Shown in pieces: positions 1-7,839 of a stretch of 64,000 nucleotides of DNA (positions are counted from its first letter, which is position 1; every line of letters begins with the position of its first letter). Source of the DNA: Fidelibacterota bacterium (GTDB lineage: Bacteria > Fidelibacterota > Marinisomatia > Marinisomatales > TCS55); NCBI GenBank assembly GCA_018674655.1, contig JABGZQ010000064.1:9019-73018 (forward strand), read 5' to 3'. The notes under the pieces were generated by a model. It saw nothing but the letters and a program-made list of their open reading frames with translations, was not told the DNA's origin and ran no database searches. Position numbers and translations under genes: made by a program.

Positions 1-985
1 AGGAACCATCTCCATTGTTGATCCAAATGCGATCAGGACTCTCAAAATCATTGCAAATATATATATCAGGATGAGAATCGTTATTGATATCTCGGAACTG
101 GGCCGTAAGTCCCCAGTCTCTTAAATGATGATTTATTGGGTTGCCATTTTCATCTGAGAATCGCCTCTGAGTCATGTCCTCAAATTCGAATTCACCATTT
201 CCATTATTTATATAAAAATGATCTACCTCTGCCATTTCAAAACGAAGAAGAATATTGTCTCGAACTTCCGTTTCATAATGTTGATTAAATGGGGGCATCA
301 CAATCCAGCGGTTGTTCGTGAGCTCCATTAGGGTGTTTTCAAAACTTATTACAGGCGGAGGAAGGGAATCGCGCATGGCCAACCGTTTGTAATTTGTAAT
401 ATATAAATCCAAATCACCATCGTTATCCACATCAGCCAAAGCAGAGGATGTACTTCCAGGGTTATCCAACTTGGAAGGCAAAAACGATTCAGTAAATACA
501 CCGCTTCCATCATTGATAAATAAACTATTTGGTCCACCTAGAGCCGTCACAATTAAATCTAAATCGCGATCACCGTCTACATCAGCAAAAACAGAACCCG
601 TTGAATAACGAGACCCACACGCGACACCGGCAGGTGTGGTTTTATCTTCAAATACCCAATTTCCTTTATTGATATATAAAACATTCGGTTCTCGGATTCT
701 GGCCATATAAATATCAACCCAACCGTCTCCATTTACATCCCCAAGCGCCACGCCGGAACCATGCATCAAATGCTGGTTTTCTAAAATTTCTTTATCACCA
801 ATTCGATTGGAAGCTGTAATGCCAGTATGGGATGATTTCATCTCTATAAACCCAGATTGCCCATTACCCACAGGAACAATCAATTTTTCAGATTTGTATA
901 TTTGCCCTTTCTCCCAATTCGGGTCATTTTGTGTGCAACCATCAAACAAAATTAAAAGTGTGAAGAAGGAGATTATGTTTTTCAT
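1..985 (-). CDS. FG-GAP/VCBS-repeat lipoprotein (CRTAC1/ASPIC-UnbV-like); 3' end runs off the left edge of the window
   Basis: Absent from the supplied ORF track because there is no stop in the window. Hand translation of the reverse strand from ATG at 985 gives MKNIISFFTLLILFDGCTQND (lipobox). It then shows repeated FG-GAP Ca-binding motifs GDVNGDGWVDIY, ADVDGDRDLDLIV, ADVDNDGDLDLYI and RDINNDSHPDIYI. The frame stays open to nt 1. Confidence 0.75.
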   Translation of the reverse strand, partial: MKNIISFFTLLILFDGCTQNDPNWEKGQIYKSEKLIVPVGNGQSGFIEMKSSHTGITASNRIGDKEILENQHLMHGSGVALGDVNGDGWVDIYMARIREPNVLYINKGNWVFEDKTTPAGVACGSRYSTGSVFADVDGDRDLDLIVTALGGPNSLFINDGSGVFTESFLPSKLDNPGSTSSALADVDNDGDLDLYITNYKRLAMRDSLPPPVISFENTLMELTNNRWIVMPPFNQHYETEVRDNILLRFEMAEVDHFYINNGNGEFEFEDMTQRRFSDENGNPINHHLRDWGLTAQFRDINNDSHPDIYICNDFESPDRIWINNGDGS

Positions 986-1024
986 ATCAACGGTAAAGTT
1001 ACTGCGTTATAAGGGATGGTGTCT

Positions 1025-1507
1025 TCAGGAATCGGTATTGTCGGCGCCCGTCATTTTCAATACAATATCTGTACTTTCTTTGAATGATTTATGCTGGATT
1101 ATAGTTGCTTTGAAAAAGTAATAAAGGGTTAGTATATATAAAATATGAAACCACCATTCGGAAACCTTACCAATGAAAAAAGCGCCATCTATAATCACCA
1201 TAACCATAAACAAAACTGTTACCATCATTGTGGGTGGGTAGAGTTTTCTTTTAATAGCAAACATTTTTTTATATAGATCTTTTCCTAAAGATGGGTTGGC
1301 CTCAAGATATTCTCGAATATTTACACCGGTGCCGACAAAAAAGAACATAACCAATGTTTGGCCAGCAATAAACACGATGCTAACCAATAAATCTAAAGTA
1401 ATATGGTTTTGTGCCCAAAAATCAAAATAATGATTTATACCAACCATTAACAAACCAATGCCAGAAAGCGCCACCATTACATAAGAGAGTATCATAAAAA
1501 ACCACAT
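1025..1507 (-). CDS. hypothetical integral membrane protein
   Basis: 160-aa ORF with several hydrophobic helices (MWFFMILSYVMVALSGIGLLMVGI, LVSIVFIAGQTLVMFFFVG, MMVTVLFMVMVIIDGAFFIG). It lies 10 nt downstream of ychF on the same strand. No family recognised. Confidence 0.5.
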   Translation of the reverse strand: MWFFMILSYVMVALSGIGLLMVGINHYFDFWAQNHITLDLLVSIVFIAGQTLVMFFFVGTGVNIREYLEANPSLGKDLYKKMFAIKRKLYPPTMMVTVLFMVMVIIDGAFFIGKVSEWWFHILYILTLYYFFKATIIQHKSFKESTDIVLKMTGADNTDS

Positions 1508-1517
1508 AAACTAATAC

Positions 1518-2615
1518 CTATACATTAAAGTGAAAGTAAATGCAGTCACCATCCTGCACAATATATTCTTTACCCTGCAACTGAGCGAGACCAGCATCTT
1601 TGACGTTTTTTTCTGAACCCAAACGAACAAGATCATTATATTTTATAATTTCTGCTTTAATAAACCCACGTTGAAAATCTGTATGAATTTCGCCAGCAGC
1701 CTCGGGTGCGGTGGCACTTTGTTTAATGGTCCAGGCGCGAACTTCCGTAGGGCCTCCTGTAAAATAAGTTTCTAATTCAAGGAGACGAAACCCAGCATGA
1801 ATAAGTTTGTTTAGCCCGGGTTCCGGGAGGTTAAATTCTTCTAGAAACATACTTTTACCTTCGTCATCCAGAACAGCAATTTCCTGTTCGATTTTCCCAC
1901 ACAATCGAATAGCTAGATTATTTTCTTTTTTTGCATAGTCAAAAAGAGCCTGTACGTGTGGGTTCCTTTTATCATGGGTGATTTCACCTTCGTCCACATT
2001 GGCCACATAAAGAATCGGTTTTCTGGTTAATAAAAACAATGACCTTATTGTAGGCAACTCATCTTCTTCAGCTTCAAAAGTACGTGCCATTTTTCCTGCA
2101 TTACAATGCATCTGTAACCTTAAAACAACGTTTAATTCTTTTTCAACGCTTTTTTCTTTTTTTGCCAGCTTTGATAAGCGATATACACTTTTTTCTAGTG
2201 TTTCCATATCGGCCAATAGCAATTCTGTTTCAATTAGATCTGCATCTCGAACAGGATCGATCCCACCTTCTACGTGGACAATATTATCATCTTCAAAACA
2301 ACGGACCACATGTACGATTGCAGCCACTTGCCGAATTTGGCTCAGAAATTGATTCCCAAGACCTTCGCCTTGACTGGCACCACGCACGAGACCGGCGATA
2401 TCAATAAATTCAACGGTTGCGGGTGTTACCTTTTCAGGTTTAAATATTTTGGTAAGCTCTCCCAATCGTTCATCGGGCAGTGGCACGATTCCCATATGGG
2501 GTTCAATCGTGCAAAACGGATAGTTTTCCGCCGGGACAGAGGATGCCGTCAAGGCATTAAAGATTGTTGATTTTCCCACATTGGGCAAGCCAACGATACC
2601 ACACCGAAGCGCCAT
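1518..2615 (-). CDS. ychF: ribosome-binding ATPase YchF (Obg-family GTPase-like)
   Basis: 365 aa. N-terminus MALRCGIVGLPNVGKSTIFNALT (G1 P-loop) and C-terminal TGS-like end ...GKEYIVQDGDCIYFHFNV are typical of YchF. Confidence 0.93.
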   Translation of the reverse strand: MALRCGIVGLPNVGKSTIFNALTASSVPAENYPFCTIEPHMGIVPLPDERLGELTKIFKPEKVTPATVEFIDIAGLVRGASQGEGLGNQFLSQIRQVAAIVHVVRCFEDDNIVHVEGGIDPVRDADLIETELLLADMETLEKSVYRLSKLAKKEKSVEKELNVVLRLQMHCNAGKMARTFEAEEDELPTIRSLFLLTRKPILYVANVDEGEITHDKRNPHVQALFDYAKKENNLAIRLCGKIEQEIAVLDDEGKSMFLEEFNLPEPGLNKLIHAGFRLLELETYFTGGPTEVRAWTIKQSATAPEAAGEIHTDFQRGFIKAEIIKYNDLVRLGSEKNVKDAGLAQLQGKEYIVQDGDCIYFHFNV

Positions 2616-2656
2616 ATTATATCCTGTTAAATTTTAAGTTATGTTAAAAAAATTGC

Positions 2657-3208
2657 TTAAAAAGAATCCAGAGCTGGGTCACCGCCAAAATCATAGGTAA
2701 GGTTATCAAATAACCCAACTTGTAAATTTTTTGCAAAATAAATAATACGGTCTAACCCTGTGCTTAATTCACCATCTGCCCAGATCATATATTTTCCACC
2801 ACGACTCAACAACTTTTTTATATCAATTTTGTAGGTAACCTTTTCATGATAAGGACGGACTTGCCCTTTAAATTTTAAATCGCTAACACCCAATGCACGG
2901 CCACGTCCATTCCCGCCAACCCAGGTTAAAAAGAACCCCACCAATTGCCACATGCCATCTAAACCGAGGCAGCCCGGCATCACTGGGTCACCTTTAAAAT
3001 GGCAATCAAAAAACCATAAATCATCGGTTACATCTAATTCGGCAACAATTTCACCATTTCCATATTTACCGCCTTCTTCAGAAATGTGAATAATGCGATC
3101 CATCATCAACATGGGCGGTGTGGGAAGTTTCCCCTTTTCTTTGCCGAATAATTTTCCAATTCCACTATCAAGTAAATCTTCTTTAGAATAACTGTTTTTA
3201 CGGGTCAT
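2657..3208 (-). CDS. fabA: 3-hydroxydecanoyl-ACP dehydratase/isomerase FabA
   Basis: 183 aa, collinear with E. coli FabA as I remember it: [64 protein letters not shown]. Confidence 0.88.
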   Translation of the reverse strand: MTRKNSYSKEDLLDSGIGKLFGKEKGKLPTPPMLMMDRIIHISEEGGKYGNGEIVAELDVTDDLWFFDCHFKGDPVMPGCLGLDGMWQLVGFFLTWVGGNGRGRALGVSDLKFKGQVRPYHEKVTYKIDIKKLLSRGGKYMIWADGELSTGLDRIIYFAKNLQVGLFDNLTYDFGGDPALDSF

Positions 3209-3318
3209 TTTTTGCTCCTATTCAAACAATAAATTTACCTAATATTTAGAAAAATTAAGACTAAGTTTTCTATCTCATTTTTTTTACACCTCTATCTACC
3301 TAAATTAACTCTTTAATT

Positions 3319-4113
3319 ATGGAGAAAAATATGACTGATTGGGTATTATTACTGGGCGGCTCTACAGGACATGGCGCAGCTACCGCTAAGCGATTGGCTA
3401 AAGATGGTTATGGCATTATCGCTTTTCATTTTGACCGTGGAGAAGCAAAAAAGATTGCCGAAGAAACAATCGCAGAGGTCAATGAAACAACAGATGGCCG
3501 TTGCCATTATTTCAATACCAACGCCGCCGCTGTAGAAACAATGGACGCATATATTCCGAAAATTAACGAGATCACTGATGGACAGCCAGTAAAACTGCTT
3601 CTTCATTCTATTGCTTTTGGAACCACCACCAATTTTTTTGGTGAAAAACCGGTAACTCAAAAACAGATGGATATGACAGTTCATGTTATGGGGAATTCGC
3701 TTCTTTATTGGACTCAAAAATTATTTGCGACTGATTTATTAGGAAAGGGATCTCGGGTGATGGGACTGACTAGCGAAGGAAATTATTTAGCCATGGAAGG
3801 TTATGGCCCCGTGAGTGTTGCTAAGTTAGCCATGGAATCAATTATTCGCCAGATTGGATGGGAGTTGGGCCAATATGGTATTACAGCGAACGCTGTTCAA
3901 GCGGGCGTAACACCCACGCGCGCACTCACCAAAATTACAGATCGATGGGAAGATTGGGTAGAGAGCACTAAAAAACGGAATCCAATGAAACGGACAACAA
4001 CACCTGAAGATATCGCCGGAACAATTTCAATGCTATTAAAACCAGAAGCAGATTTTATCAATTGCTCCATCATTTATTGCGATGGCGGAGAGCATCGCTC
4101 CGGTACTATTTAA
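3319..4113 (+). CDS. SDR-family oxidoreductase, candidate FabL/FabI-like enoyl-ACP reductase
   Basis: 264 aa. It has an N-terminal Rossmann motif LLLGGSTGHGAATAKRLAKDGY and catalytic Y-x6-K (YGPVSVAK), the spacing typical of enoyl-ACP reductases rather than Y-x3-K. It is divergent from fabA. An alternative ATG exists at 3331. Confidence 0.6.
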   Translation: MEKNMTDWVLLLGGSTGHGAATAKRLAKDGYGIIAFHFDRGEAKKIAEETIAEVNETTDGRCHYFNTNAAAVETMDAYIPKINEITDGQPVKLLLHSIAFGTTTNFFGEKPVTQKQMDMTVHVMGNSLLYWTQKLFATDLLGKGSRVMGLTSEGNYLAMEGYGPVSVAKLAMESIIRQIGWELGQYGITANAVQAGVTPTRALTKITDRWEDWVESTKKRNPMKRTTTPEDIAGTISMLLKPEADFINCSIIYCDGGEHRSGTI

Positions 4114-4136
4114 GCTGGTTTTTTAAATTGAGTTAA

Positions 4137-4511
4137 TTATGAGCCGGATTCTTCGAGTTCGACTCTTTGTTTTATTAATGCGACCAACTCATAATGTTCC
4201 TTGGTCGGTTGCATTTGGAAACAGGTCTCTGCTTCCTGAAGGGCGTAACTCCACCATCCTTTTTTGGTATACATCAAAGATAGATTGTAATGGGCTTTAC
4301 TCAGCGCTTGAAATTCTTCTCTATTTAATTCTTTATATGAATCAGGGTAAAGCCGGGTAACTTCCCTAAACTCTAAGATGGCTTCTTCAACCAATCCTTT
4401 CTGTGCATACCATTTCCCCAATTTTAAATGGCGCTGAGGGTCTTCTTTACACCCACTCACAAAAAAAGCAATGGATAGAATTAGGGCGGGTGTTGTTAGA
4501 CTAAACTTCAT
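4137..4511 (-). CDS. small TPR-like lipoprotein
   Basis: 124 aa with signal peptide plus lipobox MKFSLTTPALILSIAFFVSGC. The remainder is helical-repeat-like (YAQKGLVEEAILEFREV, AHYNLSLMYTKKGWWSYALQEAE). Confidence 0.5.
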   Translation of the reverse strand: MKFSLTTPALILSIAFFVSGCKEDPQRHLKLGKWYAQKGLVEEAILEFREVTRLYPDSYKELNREEFQALSKAHYNLSLMYTKKGWWSYALQEAETCFQMQPTKEHYELVALIKQRVELEESGS

Positions 4512-4562
4512 ATAGTATCCGTAAAATTGCGGCGTGTTTCCTCAAAATTCCAAGGGAAACAT

Positions 4563-5825
4563 TTATGAATTTACAGATATGCTTGATTCATGATGAGGTT
4601 CACGAACAAAAAAAATAATTGTCAATAGTCCCGCAAACATTAATACGCCTAAAATGTGGAATAAGATAATAAACCCAACCGTTTCACTAAGAATTCCACC
4701 TACGATAATTGCCATTAATATAAAAGGACTCAAAATAGTGTCGATTAATGCCATGATCATTTTATTATCACCCTTTTCACCGGCAAAATCAAAAACGATG
4801 GACATGGCAGATGGGAAAAAAGCACCCTGAGCCATCCCTAAGAAAATAAATATACCGTAGACCCAAAACATGGATTGAACCGCAAGTGCCGTTGCAATGG
4901 CAAACAAATGGCCTGCAAAACAAAATGTCATGGCGGCTTTATGACCAATTTTATCTCCGATGCGCCCAGCGACAATGCTTCCCAATCCAAAAGCAACAAG
5001 ACGCGCTGCGGTTAAAAGTCCTGCTTCGCTGATATCAAAATGAAAAATATCCCTGGAATAAACGGCATACAATCCAATAGCTGGGAATTGGGCTGTCAGA
5101 AATATTCGACTATAAATATATCTTCGGAAATTCCTATTTATTTTGAGGATTGTCTTTGTTTCATGTATAAAATCTTGAATAGTCCGCTGTTTTTGATTCT
5201 GGTCAATTTCTTTTACTCGGAACCCCAAATAGGTAAAGATGCCAACCGTTAACGATATAGAGAGTATTATAAATCCCCAGCCAAAATTTGAAGGAAAAGG
5301 AATTGAACTTCCCAACAATTGTTTTACAAGAATACCACCAATAAATCCACCTACGCTATTTCCAATGAAAGATATTCCCAGAAATGTGCCGCGATTATTT
5401 CGTTTTGTCACATGTTTTAAAAAATTTGACCAAATTGGAATAATGAGCCCTATGGCTAGTGAATAAAAAATGAAACAAATATAATAAAAAACCCAAGCCT
5501 TTGGACCGGTAGGTGCAAAAAATGCGAATACAAACCCTGCAAGTAATATAGGCGGCAGTACAGTCAAGTGCACTTTTATGGTGGCCATTTTTATATTTCG
5601 GATGTTTCGTGCCATAAGCGCAGAAATAAGTTGTGGCGCAGCCATTAAAATTGCAAACACACCTGCGATGGATCCCACAACACTGAGTGGTGCACCCAGT
5701 AATGTTAAAAATAAAGGTAAAATTGTGGACACATCATTAAAAGCGAAACCTATACCCCAACAAAACTCGTGAACAATATTCAGCCCCAAATTATGACGAT
5801 GATCACTAAGACTGAGTCTGGCCAT
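4563..5825 (-). CDS. MFS transporter
   Basis: 420 aa with about 12 hydrophobic segments and a central basic loop (RVKEIDQNQKQR). GRIGDKIGHK resembles the MFS loop motif. Confidence 0.7.
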   Translation of the reverse strand: MARLSLSDHRHNLGLNIVHEFCWGIGFAFNDVSTILPLFLTLLGAPLSVVGSIAGVFAILMAAPQLISALMARNIRNIKMATIKVHLTVLPPILLAGFVFAFFAPTGPKAWVFYYICFIFYSLAIGLIIPIWSNFLKHVTKRNNRGTFLGISFIGNSVGGFIGGILVKQLLGSSIPFPSNFGWGFIILSISLTVGIFTYLGFRVKEIDQNQKQRTIQDFIHETKTILKINRNFRRYIYSRIFLTAQFPAIGLYAVYSRDIFHFDISEAGLLTAARLVAFGLGSIVAGRIGDKIGHKAAMTFCFAGHLFAIATALAVQSMFWVYGIFIFLGMAQGAFFPSAMSIVFDFAGEKGDNKMIMALIDTILSPFILMAIIVGGILSETVGFIILFHILGVLMFAGLLTIIFFVREPHHESSISVNS

Positions 5826-6714
5826 TATTTTTTTCTCTTGTTAATAAAACAATGGATCCCAGAAGAAGTACCGCGCCCACCCATTGAGGGAGTGACAAGA
5901 TATTGCCGCGAATAAACCAATCCAGCGCAACAGCGGAGAGTGGCCAAAACAATTCGTAAACAGTTACATGGCTCGCAGGCAATTGGTTCAACCCATAGTA
6001 GTAAAAAAACAGAGCCAATGAACCAGAGCTTAAAACGATTAAAACAATATATCCCCAATGAGAAAAAGTCATGACATTGATAGCGTCATATTCGCCGGTA
6101 GAAAGTAAGACAAATGCGGTTACGGAGGCCGTAACCGCCAGTCTCAAGGATGTGACCGTTGTGAAAGATAAACGTTTGAGTGCATGTTTCCCCAACACAG
6201 TGGAACTCCCCCAACTGAACGCAGAAAGAAGTGCGAGTAAAGTCGCAATAATGGTTTTATCATTCCAATCATTAATAGAACTATTGCCAAAGGTAACCAG
6301 GTATCCGCCGGAAATTGCTACAAAAGCGAATCCAAGAAAACGACGGGTAATTTTTTCTTTCAGGATAATACCGGCTAAGGCAATGGCAAAGATGGGTTGA
6401 AGTTTTTGAAGCAAAACAACGACTGAAAGATCAATATAATTCACATAACTTAGTGCTTTGGTATAAAAAAAAGTCCCGAGAACACCACCAAAAATACTAA
6501 TCCATAAAACGGATATCCACCCACGCTGGCCGAGAGAAGAAACTTCCTTCCAACCTTTAATAAGCAATGGCAAAAATAGTATAGCGCCAATAACATGTTC
6601 TAACGAAACAATTAAAAAGGCAGGTAAGGCAAACAAGTTTTGACGTATAAACCCATCAAAACTCCAAAGAAATGCAGCAAAAATGACAGCAAGGGCAGGA
6701 AGGTACTTTTTCAT
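5806..6714 (-). CDS. EamA/DMT-superfamily transporter
   Basis: 302 aa with about 10 TM segments arranged as two EamA-like halves (FAAFLWSFDGF..., LSAFSWGSSTVLGK...). The 3' end overlaps the MFS gene start by 20 nt. Confidence 0.72.
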   Translation of the reverse strand: MKKYLPALAVIFAAFLWSFDGFIRQNLFALPAFLIVSLEHVIGAILFLPLLIKGWKEVSSLGQRGWISVLWISIFGGVLGTFFYTKALSYVNYIDLSVVVLLQKLQPIFAIALAGIILKEKITRRFLGFAFVAISGGYLVTFGNSSINDWNDKTIIATLLALLSAFSWGSSTVLGKHALKRLSFTTVTSLRLAVTASVTAFVLLSTGEYDAINVMTFSHWGYIVLIVLSSGSLALFFYYYGLNQLPASHVTVYELFWPLSAVALDWFIRGNILSLPQWVGAVLLLGSIVLLTREKNNGQTQS

Positions 6715-6768
6715 CTGGCGAAATTACATCTTATATAGAGGTGGAAAGAAACCGATAAAACAGATATT

Positions 6769-6800
6769 AAGTCTGCCAACAATTCTTTCTTGGCGGACTT
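6769..6800 (-). terminator. hairpin (11-bp stem with one G-U) between the yqgE/ORF80 unit and the eamA promoter region
   Basis: AAGTCTGCCAA (6769-6779) pairs with TTGGCGGACTT (6790-6800) across a 10-nt loop. On the minus strand it is followed by a weak U-run (AATATCTGTTTTA). Confidence 0.35.
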
Positions 6801-6889
6801 TCCCATGTTTTACCAAACGTTGAAAGTTAAGTATAACGATTAAAGGTTAAGAATCTTCCCTAAAAATAAAACAGCGTTGGAATGATTTT

Positions 6890-7132
6890 CTAGAATGGCA
6901 AAAACAAAGGGACGATTGATAAGAATATTGGGTGTTTTGATTTAAGGGTTGAAAATAGGGCAAAGATCAAAGACCCTACTAATAAAATTCCAATCCCTCG
7001 GGGGAGGGAATGAATTAGGGAACCTGTAAAAATGAGTGCGGCGAGTGCCATGGCTGAGACAATAATTATTATCCCGTTTATCGCGCCGGAAATAATATCA
7101 GGGATGAAGTTGAAAGGGTTTGGTTCAGACAC
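6890..7132 (-). CDS. 80-aa membrane ORF resembling the N-terminus of a SulP-family anion permease; possible gene remnant
   Basis: IPDIISGAINGIIIIVSAMALAALIFTGSLIHSLPRGIGILLVGSLIFALFSTL resembles the first two TM helices of SulP/STAS transporters. The ORF stops after 80 aa, and I saw no continuation in any frame in 6715-6889. Confidence 0.35.
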   Translation of the reverse strand: MSEPNPFNFIPDIISGAINGIIIIVSAMALAALIFTGSLIHSLPRGIGILLVGSLIFALFSTLKSKHPIFLSIVPLFLPF

Positions 7133-7143
7133 AGTATTTTTTA

Positions 7144-7701
7144 TTAAGCTTGTCCCCCAAATGATGAAAAACTTGATATATCAATACCAAAAGAACGAAT
7201 GGCCATACCCCACATTTGTTTTTCTGGCATATTAAAAATAAAGTCCGCGGTCGTTTCCTGAACGAGCCAATCGCCATTTTCAATTTCCCGTTCCAATTGT
7301 CCCGACGTCCACCCTGCGTGTCCGAGTAAAAGCCGACATTCTGCATCACTGTTTTGTTTCGAAAGTTCTTCCAATGTTTTTTTATGGCTGGATAGAAAAA
7401 AATCATTTGAAACTTTAATTGAATCTTCGGATAGATAATGACGACCGTGTAGCACAATTCCCCTTTCTACCATAACTGGCCCCCCAAAATAAATTTGATC
7501 CACGGATTTAAGTATTTCATCCGCATCATCATAAAAACTATCAAAGAGTTCTTTCAAGGCTGGGTCGCTGAATGGTTTATTCACGATGAGTCCCATAGCG
7601 CCATCTTTATTATGCTCGCACATAAAAACAACTGAACGATTAAAGTAAGGATCTTGCATATGGGGCATGGGAATGAGGATGTGATTTATTATTGAATTCA
7701 T
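7144..7701 (-). CDS. yqgE: YqgE/AlgH-family protein (UPF0301)
   Basis: 185 aa. HILIPMPHMQDPYFNRSVVFMCEHNKDGAMGLIVNKP and LLGHAGWTSGQLEREIENGDWL match the YqgE/AlgH signature regions. Confidence 0.85.
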   Translation of the reverse strand: MNSIINHILIPMPHMQDPYFNRSVVFMCEHNKDGAMGLIVNKPFSDPALKELFDSFYDDADEILKSVDQIYFGGPVMVERGIVLHGRHYLSEDSIKVSNDFFLSSHKKTLEELSKQNSDAECRLLLGHAGWTSGQLEREIENGDWLVQETTADFIFNMPEKQMWGMAIRSFGIDISSFSSFGGQA

Positions 7702-7839
7702 AGCCTATCTTATGAAATTGTAAGCGCGAAAACCATATAATTTTATAAATATTCAGTAAATCGTTTTTTGATCACCCACAAATTAAGTTGTAAATTCATG
7801 GCCGTCCGAGATTTGGATGAAAATAAACATAAAATATTC

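Noticed and set aside
2084-2570. Two ORFs (107 and 98 aa) on the plus strand inside ychF, and 3349-3717 antisense to the SDR gene
   Set aside because: These are antisense shadow ORFs within conserved genes. They have no motifs.
7768-7839. 24-codon N-terminal extension of uvrA from the first in-frame start (TTG, 7768)
   Set aside because: The extension ([24 protein letters not shown]) has no counterpart in UvrA. The conserved N-terminus begins right at ATG 7840.
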